64,000 nt of DNA from an uncultured Gemmatimonadales bacterium (GCA_963739455.1 CAVUAK010000001.1:1312001-1376000), one strand, 5' to 3'. Positions 8,117 to 19,250 are shown, numbered from the stretch's first letter. The notes: generated by a model from the letters alone, not told the origin. Numbers and translations: made by a program.

Positions 8117-10015
8117 TCAAGGCGCCCGGTAGAACGGCTCCCCTGCCTCTGCCTCGAACCTTGCCCGCTTCTTCCGCGACGCTCGGTCCAGCAGCAGGCA
8201 GGCCCAGTCGCCCTTGATTGGCATTCCCTCAATCACTGCGCTCCGCACCTTGTTCAGGTGCTCGCGCCGGTCGAATGACGTCGCGTACTGCCAGATGCTC
8301 TTCCGGGCCAGCACCGCCAGTCCGTAGAACGGCATTTCCGGGAAGTGCTGGACTTTCTTCCGCACCAGCGTGGCACTGCTGATCTCGGGAATCGCCTTGA
8401 GTGCGTCTCGCAGGAGCTGAAGCTCCGACTCGGGGAGCCCGTGCGGCTCGATCGGGTCGCCGATCACGAACGTTGCCCGCTCCTGCCGTGCCACATCAAC
8501 GTTGTCGATGTGTGCCTGTGCCCGGTTCACGTATCGCTCTGCTTCTGCCGGCCGGCCACGAGCCGTAAGGAAGCTGTGCGCCTGGCGGCACGCTTCGAGC
8601 ACATCGATACCGCCGAGCGCGAGTGCGCGATCGACGAACACCAGCCCTGCCTCATCACCCGCGCGGAGAAGGCCCAGGCCCCACGCCACCTGGGCCGGCG
8701 CGAACTCCGGTGTGTCGGTCGCGATCTGCTTGATGAGAGCGTCTCCTTCCTCACCCCGCTCCTCGTCCCAGAGGAGCCTCGCCCGCTCCCATCGCTCCGC
8801 AGCGCTCAATGAGCCCGCCTCGGCCGCATCGAGCTTCGCCAGGCGCTCCCGGTTGGCGAGCACCTCGGCGTGGGCCTTCTGCCACTCCGAAAGCATCGTG
8901 TCGCTCCACAGCTTGTCCGCCTCCTTCATCAAGGCTGGCAACGCGTCACCCAGGATTTCCGTCATGGCGCTCACCCCGACCGGATCAGGCAGCCTCGGCG
9001 CTTCGCCCAGCGCCTCGAGTCGTTCCCTGAGGCACGGATGCGAGTCCAGGAGGCCGGTCTGCTCCGATAGCGCCGGCATCAGCCCGCGTGCGATCTCGTC
9101 ATGCCTGGTGGGCTCACCCACCCACCGGCACAGGGCGCTGATGGTGTCGTTCGTGGGTAGCGGATGCTTCCGGACATGTCGCTGGATGTGCGGGATGCCC
9201 ACTCCTGCAATCCAGCGGCTCGCGAGTTCGATGCGAACCAGGGCGTCGGCGTACTCCCGGTTGGTGACCAGCGAGGCGCCGAGTCGATCGGCCCGATACT
9301 CCACCACGCGTGACATGACCACACTGTAGGCGTTGAAGAGCGGTGCGTACCACTTCGCGAAGCGGGCAAGCTGCTGGTTCGCCGCGGTGGGATTCTTCCT
9401 GAGCTCCACGAGCAGGCTGTTCCAGGACTTGTGCTGCCGATAGATCCAGGCTCCCCACCCGGGGTCGGCATTCAGAAGGTGGGCCATCTCGTGCGCCAGC
9501 GCCGCGCGAAATTCGCGGACGCTCAACACCTGCATGAGGGCCAGGCCGAGGACGAGATAGTTGCGATGCCACCCGAAGACGCCAAGCCTCGGCACCTGGA
9601 CCACGCCTGCGTTGACATCCATGTCGAGCAGCACAGCGTCGATGCGGGGCCCGCCTATCTCCTGGCGGACCTCCTCGACGATGCGGAAAAGGTCCGGAAA
9701 CCGCTCCGGCGTAGCCGGTATTCCCCTTGGCGTGGGGATCTCCACCCAGAGCGCCCGCAGCACGATGACCAGCCCGGCCAGGGCCGGAGCCAGCAGGGTG
9801 AGGGGGCCCTGCATTCCCGGCTGGGTGAAGGCGCTCCAGATCCCGCCGATGACAAGGGCAACCAGCAGCACGACGACGCCAACGAGGACGAAATAGCCGA
9901 GGGCGACGACGCCCAGCACGCGAAGCTGGTACAGGCGGGGGTGAGCAACAGCAGTCCGTTGGAGCCCGAGGACGAGTGCCTCGAGCTTCCGGTATTCATC
10001 GGCGCTCCTGATCAT
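8117..10015 (-). CDS. M48-family membrane metalloprotease with C-terminal TPR-like region
   Basis: N-terminal TM helices; DVNAGV, LAHEMAH, EYRADRLG, DSHPCLRERL. Confidence 0.85.
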   Translation of the reverse strand: MIRSADEYRKLEALVLGLQRTAVAHPRLYQLRVLGVVALGYFVLVGVVVLLVALVIGGIWSAFTQPGMQGPLTLLAPALAGLVIVLRALWVEIPTPRGIPATPERFPDLFRIVEEVRQEIGGPRIDAVLLDMDVNAGVVQVPRLGVFGWHRNYLVLGLALMQVLSVREFRAALAHEMAHLLNADPGWGAWIYRQHKSWNSLLVELRKNPTAANQQLARFAKWYAPLFNAYSVVMSRVVEYRADRLGASLVTNREYADALVRIELASRWIAGVGIPHIQRHVRKHPLPTNDTISALCRWVGEPTRHDEIARGLMPALSEQTGLLDSHPCLRERLEALGEAPRLPDPVGVSAMTEILGDALPALMKEADKLWSDTMLSEWQKAHAEVLANRERLAKLDAAEAGSLSAAERWERARLLWDEERGEEGDALIKQIATDTPEFAPAQVAWGLGLLRAGDEAGLVFVDRALALGGIDVLEACRQAHSFLTARGRPAEAERYVNRAQAHIDNVDVARQERATFVIGDPIEPHGLPESELQLLRDALKAIPEISSATLVRKKVQHFPEMPFYGLAVLARKSIWQYATSFDRREHLNKVRSAVIEGMPIKGDWACLLLDRASRKKRARFEAEAGEPFYRAP

Positions 10016-10048
10016 GCGGACAAAACTACCTGCAGTTCCAGCGCCGCG

Positions 10049-11896
10049 TCAGCGCTCGCATCCCTCCCGCACGAAGGTGTCGGCGATCGACATGATGCGC
10101 CAACCCTGCGGCGTCTTCAGGAGCTGGACCGCATCGACCCCGCAGTGACTGAACTCCTGCCCGAAGTGGAAGTCATACTGCGCCCACACCGTAGCCAGCG
10201 TGCCACTGACCCGAACCTCCGGATTGAAGGCGCGCTCGGTCCATGCTGGCCGGGTGTCGCGCGCCACGAGTGCCGCGAAGTCCGCCCAGGTGATATGCTG
10301 CACGTGGGGCGGATTCCCATCACGACCGGGACGCATTCCCACCAGCACAGCCTGCGAATCGAACACCTGTCGCATCGCCGCAGTGTCCTTCGCGTGCATC
10401 GCATCGAACAGGCGCTGCACCACCGCGAGCACCTCCCGCTGGTCATCGGGTGAAGGTGCTGATGCCGGGGCCGCCGCCTTCTTCTCCTCCATCGGTGCGG
10501 TGACCGCGACGCGCGCCTTCTCCTTGAACGCCTCGAGTGCCGCCGAGTCGTACCAGGCGCCTCCTGCGACCACGCCAACGATCGACTGCGTGTTCGCGAT
10601 ATCGGTGAGTGGATTGGCGGAGAGCAGCAGCATGTCGGCTCGCTTGCCCACCTGGATCGTGCCCTGCTCGTCGGACACGCCAAGCCACGCGGCTGGCACT
10701 ACCGTCGCCGCGCGGAGTGCCTGATAGGGCGTGAGCCCCGCAGCCACCAGCGCCTGCAGCTCGCGATGGAGCATCCAGCCGTAGGACATGAGCCCGCCGG
10801 GGCCGTCGGATCCCGCCATCACCTCGCCGCCCGAGTCCACGATCGCCTTCACCATGCGGTTCCGGACCTGCTGGTAGCGCGCGCGCTGCGCCGCTGTCGG
10901 CGGGTTCTTCCAGTAGAAGGTGCGGGAGCGTTCCCATGGCCCGAGCATCGCGGGCGGCAGGTACTGGTACTCGGGCCGTGCCTTGACCTGGGCGTCGGTG
11001 TACTCGATGGCGAACCAGGAATTGAAGAAGGCCGCCGTCGGCGTCACGAACACGCCCGCCCGCGCGGTCGCACCGGCGAGAGCCTCGAGCTTCGCTTCAT
11101 CGACGTATGCGAGCGAGTTCCAGTTCTTCGCCCGGTAGGCGTTCACGTCGCTCACCGACACGCGGCTCGGCGCGGAGTCGGCGAGGATCGTCTCCATGTA
11201 GTTGTCGAGATGCTCGATCTGCTGCCCCGCCGCGAGCGCCATCGGCACTCCCACGCGCGGGTCGACATGGCCCGTGACGCGAATACCCGAGGCCTGCGCC
11301 TCGGCCATGATCGCGGCGTACACGTCAGGGGTGATGTTCGTCGTGAGCTTGATGAAGTTGTAGCCGGACGCGCTGGCGCTCCGCACCGCGGCACGCGCCT
11401 CCTCGGCGTTACGCACGAGGAGCGTGTTGATTCCCGAGTCACCCGAGAGTTGCGGCGACGAGACCCAGAGCCGGGGGCCGGGCAACGTCCCCTCACGCAC
11501 CTCGCGCTGCAGTTCGAGGTGCTGTGGGCGGCCGATCTGCAGGCGTGCGGAAGTCGTGCCGAGCGCCAGGTAGAGGCCCAGTTCAGCGGGGGCCGCCGAC
11601 TCGGGGGCGTACTCATCGGAGAAGAGGTGCGCGTGCATGTCGGTGAGGCCGGGCATGAGGTACATGCCGCGTCCGTCGATGCGCCGCATGCCTGTGGGTA
11701 CCGGCGTGGTCCCGGCCGGCCCCACCGCGGCGATCCGTCCGGAGCGCACCACCACCGTGGCGTTCCGGAGCGGCCGGTCGCTCGTCATGGTGATGACGGT
11801 GGCACCGGTGATCGCGAATGGTTCGGGGTCGGGTCCGCGGCTGGACAGGAGCGCGCCGGTAGCGGCCGCCAGGAGCAGGGCGGGGGAGATAAGCAT
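10049..11896 (-). CDS. Amidohydrolase family protein fused to a C-terminal NTF2-like domain
   Basis: PGLTDMHAH, AGSDG, GTIQVGKRADMLLL; C-terminal VVQRLFDAMHAKD...ATVWAQYDF...HCGVDAVQLLKTPQGWRI. Confidence 0.85.
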   Translation of the reverse strand: MLISPALLLAAATGALLSSRGPDPEPFAITGATVITMTSDRPLRNATVVVRSGRIAAVGPAGTTPVPTGMRRIDGRGMYLMPGLTDMHAHLFSDEYAPESAAPAELGLYLALGTTSARLQIGRPQHLELQREVREGTLPGPRLWVSSPQLSGDSGINTLLVRNAEEARAAVRSASASGYNFIKLTTNITPDVYAAIMAEAQASGIRVTGHVDPRVGVPMALAAGQQIEHLDNYMETILADSAPSRVSVSDVNAYRAKNWNSLAYVDEAKLEALAGATARAGVFVTPTAAFFNSWFAIEYTDAQVKARPEYQYLPPAMLGPWERSRTFYWKNPPTAAQRARYQQVRNRMVKAIVDSGGEVMAGSDGPGGLMSYGWMLHRELQALVAAGLTPYQALRAATVVPAAWLGVSDEQGTIQVGKRADMLLLSANPLTDIANTQSIVGVVAGGAWYDSAALEAFKEKARVAVTAPMEEKKAAAPASAPSPDDQREVLAVVQRLFDAMHAKDTAAMRQVFDSQAVLVGMRPGRDGNPPHVQHITWADFAALVARDTRPAWTERAFNPEVRVSGTLATVWAQYDFHFGQEFSHCGVDAVQLLKTPQGWRIMSIADTFVREGCER

Positions 11897-12030
11897 CGGA
11901 ACCTCGCAGGGAGACCAGGGCAGGGCGGCGCGGGGCGCGCCGGCTGCGGTGCATTCCCATACGGGATTGAGGGTGAGCGAGTGTCGCGAGGGCCCGTTGC
12001 GCTCTCCTGTCCGAAGGATGAGGCTTCTGC

Positions 12031-13650
12031 ATGCTCGTTTTCGAAGTCGTCATCGTGCTGCTCCTGCTCGGCGCGGCGCTCGCCGCGCTGTCGCGCCGGA
12101 TAGGCGCGCCCTACCCGGCGCTCCTGGCCCTCGCCGGTGCCGCACTCGCGCTCCTTCCCGGGCTGCCCACCGTCGTGCTCGATCCCGAGCTGGCGCTGGC
12201 ACTGTTCGTGGCACCGGTGTTGGTCGATGCCGCCTTCGACGCATCGCCGCGCGACCTGAGGGCCAACTGGCGCCCCATCGCCAGCCTCGCGCTTGGTGCC
12301 GTGGCGCTCACCATCGCGAGCGTCGCAATAGTTGCGCGGATGCTGGTTCCCGACATGCCGTGGCCAGTGGCAATCGCCCTCGGCGCTATCGTCGCACCGC
12401 CTGATGCGGCCGCTGCCACTGCGGTTCTCCGGCAACTCCGACCGCCGCATCGGCTGCTCGTCATCCTCGAGGGCGAAAGCCTCTTCAACGACGCGAGCGC
12501 GCTGCTGGTGTACCGGCTCGCGGTCACCTCCATGCTGGCCGGCGCCTTCTCCGGATGGAGCATCGTGCCGACGCTGCTCGCCGTCAGTGTCGGCAGCGTG
12601 CTGCTGGCCCTGGTCCTGGCAAGGATCGGCATGGCGATCAGCGCCCGCATCACGGATGTGTCGACCGCGGTGATCTTCCAGTTCTGCACCACCTTCGGCG
12701 TCTGGATCCTCGCCGAGCGACTGCATCTCTCGGCGATCATCGTGCTGGTGGTGTATGCGATGGCGGCGTCGCGCCGGGCACCCGAGGTGGTACCGGCGCG
12801 CATTCGTATTCCGGCGTGGGCGGTGTGGGAGGTGGCGGTGTTCGTGCTGAACGTCCTCGCGTTCATCCTCGTTGGATTCCAGCTCCGCTCCATCGTGGAG
12901 CGCGCCTCGGGGGAGACCGGTCTTCGCTACACCATGGTGGCGGTGATCGTGTGCGCCGTGGTCATCCTCGCACGCATCGTGTGGGTGACGGCGGCGACGA
13001 CGTTCTTCCGCTGGCGCTCCCACCACCGTGCCGATGGCACTGCGAGCCGGAGCGAGGCAGTGAGGCTCACGCCGGCGGCTGCTTCGGTGGCGAGCTGGGC
13101 GGGCATGCGCGGCACAGTAACGCTCGCTACCGCGCTGGCGCTCCCGACAAGCCTTGGCGACGGCACGCCGTTCCCGTACCGGGACCTGGTGCTGGTGGTG
13201 GCCTTCGGCGTGGTGGTCGGCACGCTCGTGGTTCAGGGCCTGACGCTGCGGCCGCTACTGCTTCGGCTCAAGTTGGTGGACGACGGCATGGTGGACCGCG
13301 AGGTGCGCCTTGCCCGGTTCGAGTCGCTGCAGGCGGCTCTCGCGGCGATCGAGGATTGTCCCGGTGCCGAGACGGCGGCGCTGGTGCGGCATCGCTACGA
13401 GGTGCAGTTGCGTCGCGCGTCGATGGAGCATGAAGCGGGAGATGTGGAGGTGCCCGACACGCCAGAGACCGCCGCGATCCGGAGCGCCGACACCGCCGTG
13501 GTTCGCGCCGCGACCGAGGCGCAGCGTCACCGGCTGGTGGCGCTACGCGACAATGGCACCATCGGGGACGCGGCATTCCAGCGGCTGGAGGTGGAGCTCG
13601 ACTGGGCGGAACTGGACTGGGCGCAACTGCTGCGCGAGGGTCAGGCATGA
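12031..13650 (+). CDS. CPA1-family Na+/H+ antiporter
   Basis: Multi-TM; LGAIVAPPDAAA, ILEGESLFNDASAL, WAGMRGTVTLA. Confidence 0.9.
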   Translation: MLVFEVVIVLLLLGAALAALSRRIGAPYPALLALAGAALALLPGLPTVVLDPELALALFVAPVLVDAAFDASPRDLRANWRPIASLALGAVALTIASVAIVARMLVPDMPWPVAIALGAIVAPPDAAAATAVLRQLRPPHRLLVILEGESLFNDASALLVYRLAVTSMLAGAFSGWSIVPTLLAVSVGSVLLALVLARIGMAISARITDVSTAVIFQFCTTFGVWILAERLHLSAIIVLVVYAMAASRRAPEVVPARIRIPAWAVWEVAVFVLNVLAFILVGFQLRSIVERASGETGLRYTMVAVIVCAVVILARIVWVTAATTFFRWRSHHRADGTASRSEAVRLTPAAASVASWAGMRGTVTLATALALPTSLGDGTPFPYRDLVLVVAFGVVVGTLVVQGLTLRPLLLRLKLVDDGMVDREVRLARFESLQAALAAIEDCPGAETAALVRHRYEVQLRRASMEHEAGDVEVPDTPETAAIRSADTAVVRAATEAQRHRLVALRDNGTIGDAAFQRLEVELDWAELDWAQLLREGQA

Positions 13651-14954
13651 CACTCCCGGTTGTCGTGATCGGCGCGGGAGTGGCCGGACTGTCAGCCGCG
13701 CATCATCTCGCGCAGGCAGGTCGTCGCGTAGTCGTGCTCGAGGCGCGGAACCGACCCGGCGGCCGCATCCTTACCCAGCGACATGACGAATCGGGTGCGG
13801 TCGAGCTTGGCGCCGAGTTTGTGCATGGGAATCCGGCGGTGACGCTCGACCTGATGCGCGCTGGAGGCATCGGCCTGATGCCGCTCGAGAGCGATCACTG
13901 GCTGCTTGACCACGGCCGGTTCGTACCGATGGACGACGAGATGGGTGACCTGCACGAACTGATGGCGATGGCCCGGACGGAGAAGACCGACCGATCCGTC
14001 GCGGCGTTCCTGGCAGATGTGGAGCATGACCCCAGGTTCGTCGAGTCGGCGAGGTGGATGCGGAACCTGTTGCAGGGTTTCGATGCCGGCGACCCTGAAC
14101 GCGCGAGTCTCCATGCGATCGTGCGCGAATGGAGTGGCCCCAGCCTGGGTGCGGGGCAGGGGCGTCCCTCTGGCGGCTACGGGAAGCTGGTGGACTTCAT
14201 GGTGCGGCAGCTCGACCCGTCCCTGGTGGAATTGCGGATGGGTGTGCCGGTAGGAGGCGTGTCATGGTCACGGGGCAAGGTGCATGTCGAGCTGGGCAAT
14301 GGCCGCGAGCGTATTGCGGCGAGCGCAGCAGTCATCACGGTGCCACTCAGCCTGCTCCAGTCCTCGCTCGGGAGTTCGCCTGCCATTCGCTTCGACCCTC
14401 CACTCACTTCCAAGGCTGACGCACTGGCCGGACTCGCCATGGGTCCGGTGCACCGGGTGATGATCCGCTACGCCACTCCGCCGTGGGAGGCTCAGCTGGG
14501 CAGGCCGACTCCTGCGGCGACCTTCCTGCATGCGCCCGAACAGCCGTTCAGGACGTTCTGGACTGGTGACGAGGGATCACCGTGGCTCACCGCCTGGTGT
14601 GGCGGTCCGCCCGCCGCGCGCATGGGTGAGCTCCCCGACTCGGGCATCATCGACCAGGCCATCGCGTCAGCGCACGCGATGTTCGCCGAGTCGATGGGCA
14701 GGGTGCCCGATCCGGTGGAGGTGCGATTCCACAACTGGTCGCGCGATCCGTGGACGCAGGGCGCGTACAGCTACGTCGCGGTCGGGGGGATGGGTGCGCA
14801 GGCGGCGCTGGCGGCGCCGGTGGAAGGAACCTTGTTCTTCGCCGGCGAGGCGACGGATGCGAATGGGGAGGCTGGGACGGTGGCGGGCGCGATCATGTCG
14901 GGTGTGCGGGCGGCGGGGGAGGTTGTCGCTCCAGGGGTAGACCGTCAATTCTGA
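13647..14954 (+). CDS. Flavin monoamine oxidase family protein
   Basis: VIGAGVAGL, LEARNRPGGRI, ELGAEFVHG, WSRDPWTQGAYS, FFAGEAT. Confidence 0.9.
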   Translation: MTLPVVVIGAGVAGLSAAHHLAQAGRRVVVLEARNRPGGRILTQRHDESGAVELGAEFVHGNPAVTLDLMRAGGIGLMPLESDHWLLDHGRFVPMDDEMGDLHELMAMARTEKTDRSVAAFLADVEHDPRFVESARWMRNLLQGFDAGDPERASLHAIVREWSGPSLGAGQGRPSGGYGKLVDFMVRQLDPSLVELRMGVPVGGVSWSRGKVHVELGNGRERIAASAAVITVPLSLLQSSLGSSPAIRFDPPLTSKADALAGLAMGPVHRVMIRYATPPWEAQLGRPTPAATFLHAPEQPFRTFWTGDEGSPWLTAWCGGPPAARMGELPDSGIIDQAIASAHAMFAESMGRVPDPVEVRFHNWSRDPWTQGAYSYVAVGGMGAQAALAAPVEGTLFFAGEATDANGEAGTVAGAIMSGVRAAGEVVAPGVDRQF

Positions 14955-15685
14955 CTCGCCGGTCTCCTCGAGAAGGCGACAATGCACAACAGCATCAGCC
15001 CGAGCAGCGTCGCTGACGCCGAGTAACGGCTCAATGCCAGCCCACCATTCGCTATCGGCTTGTCCAGGAAGTCGCCCACTACCGCGCCGAGAGGCCGCGT
15101 AAGGATGAAGGCTGCCCAGAACAGCACTGTTCGCGAAACCTTCGTGAAGTAGTAGGCCGCCGCGATGACGGCCAACGCCCCACCGAACAGGATTGCGGCG
15201 CCACCATACCCGAAACCCGCCGTATCTGCTGTCCAGTCCCCCAGCGCAGTGCCCAGCGTCTGGGAGAACATGATCGTGACCCAGTAGAACATTTCGGACT
15301 GGGACGAGCTGACGGAATTGACGGCGACCGTGCCGAGTGTGCGATACCAGGTAAACAGTGACGCCAACAGCAGGGAGAGGAGGATGGCCGATCCCCCGGC
15401 ATAGCCGACGCCGAGTGAGCGGGTCGTGAAATCGGCGAGGGTGGTCCCCACCGTGGTGGTTGCAACGATGGTGGCCCAGTAGAGGAAGGGATGGAATTTC
15501 CTTGCGGCGACCTGCGCAATCACGGCGACAACGAAAATGGCCCCGAAGATTCCGGTGCTGACGAGATAGCCGAGGTTCATCGACATCGACACGGCGTCCC
15601 CGCCGGTCTCGCCGAGCGTGGTTGCGAGGATCTTGATGACCCAGAAGGCCAGCGTGACTTCAGGAACCTTGCTGGCCTGGTCCAT
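14945..15685 (-). CDS. COG4705/DUF347-repeat membrane protein
   Basis: SKVPEVTLAFWVIKILATTLGETGGD; FWAAFILTRPLGAVVGDFLDKP. Confidence 0.85.
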   Translation of the reverse strand: MDQASKVPEVTLAFWVIKILATTLGETGGDAVSMSMNLGYLVSTGIFGAIFVVAVIAQVAARKFHPFLYWATIVATTTVGTTLADFTTRSLGVGYAGGSAILLSLLLASLFTWYRTLGTVAVNSVSSSQSEMFYWVTIMFSQTLGTALGDWTADTAGFGYGGAAILFGGALAVIAAAYYFTKVSRTVLFWAAFILTRPLGAVVGDFLDKPIANGGLALSRYSASATLLGLMLLCIVAFSRRPASQN

Positions 15686-17610
15686 CAGATGAGGTGAGTC
15701 AATCCGGCAGTACGAAGCAGCCGCGCGTACCGGGCATCGACGGCAAGCCCCTTCCGGTTGTACGGCAGGTCCATGAGCACCCGCCGCATCCGGCCCGGCC
15801 GCCGGTGATATCCCTGTTCCAGCCAGTCCATCGCGCGGTTCCACTCGCCCAGCTCCGCCAGCACGATGATGAGCTTGTCGGACAGCTGCCTGCTTCCGGC
15901 CGCGTCCTGGAAGGGATCTTCCAGTTGCGCCTTCTCCAGCAGCTGCTGCAACTCCTGCCTCAGGTCGGCCTCGCGCGCCGCGGGCCAGCCCTGACGGTCG
16001 TTCGCCTCGGTCAGCGCCTGCAGGCGGGCCGTCTCACCCCGTACGCCAAGCATTGAGCGTCGCGCATCGAATGCCTCCTCGATGAGGCCGGCACGGTGGC
16101 AGCTCATTTCCAGCCGCTCGAGCGCGGCGTCGTAGTTGGGCGATAACCGGAGCGCCTCGCGCAGTGGCCCGCGCGCCTCGTCGTAGCGGCCGAGCGCCAT
16201 GAGGACGTCGGCCAGGCCCACCGCCATGAATGGTGAGCCGGGCGCCAGCAACGCGGCGGCCCGCATTTCTTCAAGTGCCTCCGGGAGGCGTCCGGCAATC
16301 TTGAGCCAGGCACCATACAGTCGGCGTCCCAGCGGAATGCTGAGGGCTCAGTTCGGCGCCGCGCTGCAGCTCCACACCCGCTACCTCGAACTCATCCTCC
16401 CAGTAAAGAAAGGTGACCCCAAGCGCTGTGTGGACCTCGCCGACGTTGTCATCGGCCGCGAGCGCGCGCAGGCGGAGCGCGTGTGCTTCACGGGAAGCTA
16501 CAGCGAGATCGGTGAAGCCCCTGATGCCGGTGACGTGCACCACGTCTCCCAGCTTTACCAGAATCAGGGCGTTCTCCGGCGCGCGAGCCAGCGCCTTCTC
16601 GAGGTAGATCTTCGCCAGCTCCAGCTTGCCGCGCGCTCCCGGCCCACCGTGAATTCCAGCCTCGAAGAGCGTGTCGCCCTGCTGCACCAATTGGGCGACG
16701 TCGGCCGGAAGGTTCCCGAGCGGTGACACCGGAGCCGGCATATCCACGATCGTGACTGGGGAAGACCCGGAGTCGATCGCCCGCAACTCCTGAAGCAGGA
16801 CCACACCAGTCGCGGGCCGGTCTTCCCTGGCCTTCGCCATCATTCGCTGGATCAGTGCCGCGAGCCGGGGCGGGACATCGGGTCGCTCAGCCGCGCGCAT
16901 CGGGAACCGGAGCCGTCAGGTGCGCCGCAATGGTGGCGGTGGCGCCGCGGCCGCCGTAGGGCGCCTGCCCGGTGAGCAGCTCGAACGCGACGCATCCGAG
17001 GCTGTAGAGGTCTGACCGCCCGTCGATGTCCGCCGTTCCCGCGACCTGCTCCGGGCTGATGTAGTCGAGGGTGCCGATCACCATGCCGGCCTGGGTGAGT
17101 CGCTCCGCTGGAGCGGCAGCCGCGCGAGTGCGCAATGCCGAAATCAGCGAGCAGCGCCCGGTCCTGGTACCAGAAGATGTTCTCCGGCTTGAGGTCACGG
17201 TGCACCACCCCGTTGGCGTGGGCATACGCGAGCGCCTCGGCGAGGTCGGCGATGATGCGCCGTACCTCCGCGGGCGGGAGCGGGCCGATATCCTGCAACC
17301 GTCCACGCAGTGTGCCGCCCTCGATAAGCGGCATGACGAAGTAGAGACAGCCGGCTGCTTCACCGCTGCTGAAGAGGGGTACGATGTTGGGATGAACCAG
17401 GCGCGCGGTGAGGCGGATCTCCTGGGCGAACCGGTCCGGGCCGAGCGCACGTGAGATGGCGGCGGGGAGCAGCTTGATCGCCACCTCGCGCCCGAGCTCG
17501 CGGTCGTGTCCCTTGAGGACGGTGCCCATACCGCCGCGTCCCAGTTCGCCCTCGACCTGGAAGCGCAGGGAGAGGGCGGTGAGGACGTCGGCGGGAAGGT
17601 CGGTCACCAT
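15685..17610 (-). CDS. Ser/Thr protein kinase with C-terminal TPRs; split by about 3 frameshifts (near 17130, 16900, 16330)
   Basis: [24 protein letters not shown] in one frame; [20 protein letters not shown] in the next; TPR helices in two further frames. Confidence 0.8.
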
Positions 17611-17671
17611 GGCGACGGAAGTTAGATTGAGGGTGTCAGGTAAGTAATGGTCTCCCACCTGGAGTGACTTC

Positions 17672-19015
17672 GTGAACAGACTACGGCGATTGCTGGTCAC
17701 TGGGGCTGTGGCGCTGGCTGCCGCCAGTTCGGCGAGCGCCCAGCTGAAGCCAGCAACCATTGCCGCAGTGAATGCCGCTGTCGACGCCGACAGCGCGCGG
17801 CTCATCGCGATCTTCAAGGACCTGCACCAGCGTCCCGAACTGGCGTTCACCGAGACGCGCACTGCCGGGATCGTGGCGAAGGAACTGACGGCGCTCGGTT
17901 ATACGGTGACCACCGGCGTCGGAAAGACCGGCGTGGTGGGCGTGCTCAAGAACGGTCCCGGCGCAACGCTCTGGTTCCGCGCCGACATGGATGCCAATGG
18001 CGTGCGAGAGGAAACCGGCCTGCCCTGGGCAGCCACCGAATCGCAGCGCATGGCCGATGGCAGCGAAGTTCCCGTGATGCATGCCTGCGGGCACGACGCG
18101 CACATCACCTGGCTGCTCGGCCTCGCGAAGGCGATGGTGACGCTCAAGTCGAGCTGGTCGGGGACACTGGTGGTGTATGCCCAGCCCGCCGAGGAGATCG
18201 GGATGGGTGCATTGGCGATGGTGAAGGACAGCATCTGGAGCCGCGGCTTCCCGAAGCCCGACTTTGCGCTGAGCAGTCATGCAGTGCCAGGACCGGTTGG
18301 TGTCGTCGCCAATGCCGCGGGTGTTCGCATGGCGGGAACGGACCAGCTCGACATCACCTTCCGCGGTATCGGCGGCCATGGCTCGGCGCCGGAACTGGCG
18401 ATTGATCCGGTGGTGATGGCGGCGCAGGCGGTGCTTGCCTACCAGACGATCATCAGCCGGACGGTCGATCCACAGGCGGCGGCGGTCCTGACCGTCGGGT
18501 CGATTCAGGCCGGGCGCGACAACAATGTCATACCGCAATCGGCGAAGCTGCTGCTCAACCTGCGGTGGCTGACGTCCGACGTGCGCGAGCTGATAATCAA
18601 GCGGATCGACCAGATCGACAGCGGGGTGGCCATCGCGGCGGGTGTGCCGCGCGACCGGATGCCGATTCGGGAGATGAAGGGGACGGCGCCGCCGCTGGTG
18701 AACGACTCGACGCTGGTGGCGAAGGTGAATCCATCGCTCACCGAACTGCTGGGCAAGGGCAGGGTGATCAACAACTTCCCGACGGTGATGGGTTCGGAGG
18801 ATTTCCAGGTGCTGTACGAGCCGATCGGGACGCCGTACGTGTTCCTGCTGATCGGTATCGCACCGATGGAGAAGTTCATGGCGGCGCAGAAGGCAGGGCG
18901 CGCATTTCCCTATGCCAATCACAACCCCGACTTCTTCGTGGATATTCCTGCTATCGCGGTCGGGACGAAGGTGGATGTGGTGGCGGCGCTGGCGCTGTTG
19001 ACGAAGCCGAAGTAA
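17672..19015 (+). CDS. M20 family amidohydrolase (hippurate hydrolase-like), secreted
   Basis: DLHQRPELAFTE, RADMDA, MHACGHDAH, QPAEE, GSEDF. Confidence 0.9.
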   Translation: MNRLRRLLVTGAVALAAASSASAQLKPATIAAVNAAVDADSARLIAIFKDLHQRPELAFTETRTAGIVAKELTALGYTVTTGVGKTGVVGVLKNGPGATLWFRADMDANGVREETGLPWAATESQRMADGSEVPVMHACGHDAHITWLLGLAKAMVTLKSSWSGTLVVYAQPAEEIGMGALAMVKDSIWSRGFPKPDFALSSHAVPGPVGVVANAAGVRMAGTDQLDITFRGIGGHGSAPELAIDPVVMAAQAVLAYQTIISRTVDPQAAAVLTVGSIQAGRDNNVIPQSAKLLLNLRWLTSDVRELIIKRIDQIDSGVAIAAGVPRDRMPIREMKGTAPPLVNDSTLVAKVNPSLTELLGKGRVINNFPTVMGSEDFQVLYEPIGTPYVFLLIGIAPMEKFMAAQKAGRAFPYANHNPDFFVDIPAIAVGTKVDVVAALALLTKPK

Positions 19016-19250
19016 CCCGGCGCATGTATGCGCGCAGCACGGCATTCATGCGCGTTTGGTAGTGAGGACCCTGCTGCCGGTACCAAGCGAGGACCTCGCG
19101 GTCGACGCGGAGGGAAATTGCAATTTTCTTGCGCGTATCCTGCGCTGGCGTGGCGCTCTCGTGGCGCTTCTGGATGCGAGCGAGATTGGCGCGCCGCTCG
19201 CCGGAGAGACCACCCCATCTCTCATCAGGTGGTGCCCAAAAACGCGCGTT
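18951..19250 (-). pseudogene. BrnA-type (DUF4415) antitoxin remnant without its own start codon or a toxin partner
   Basis: KKIAISLRVDREVLAWYRQQGPHYQTRMNAVLRAYM matches the BrnA RHH consensus; no in-frame ATG/GTG/TTG downstream of the neighbouring stop. Confidence 0.6.
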
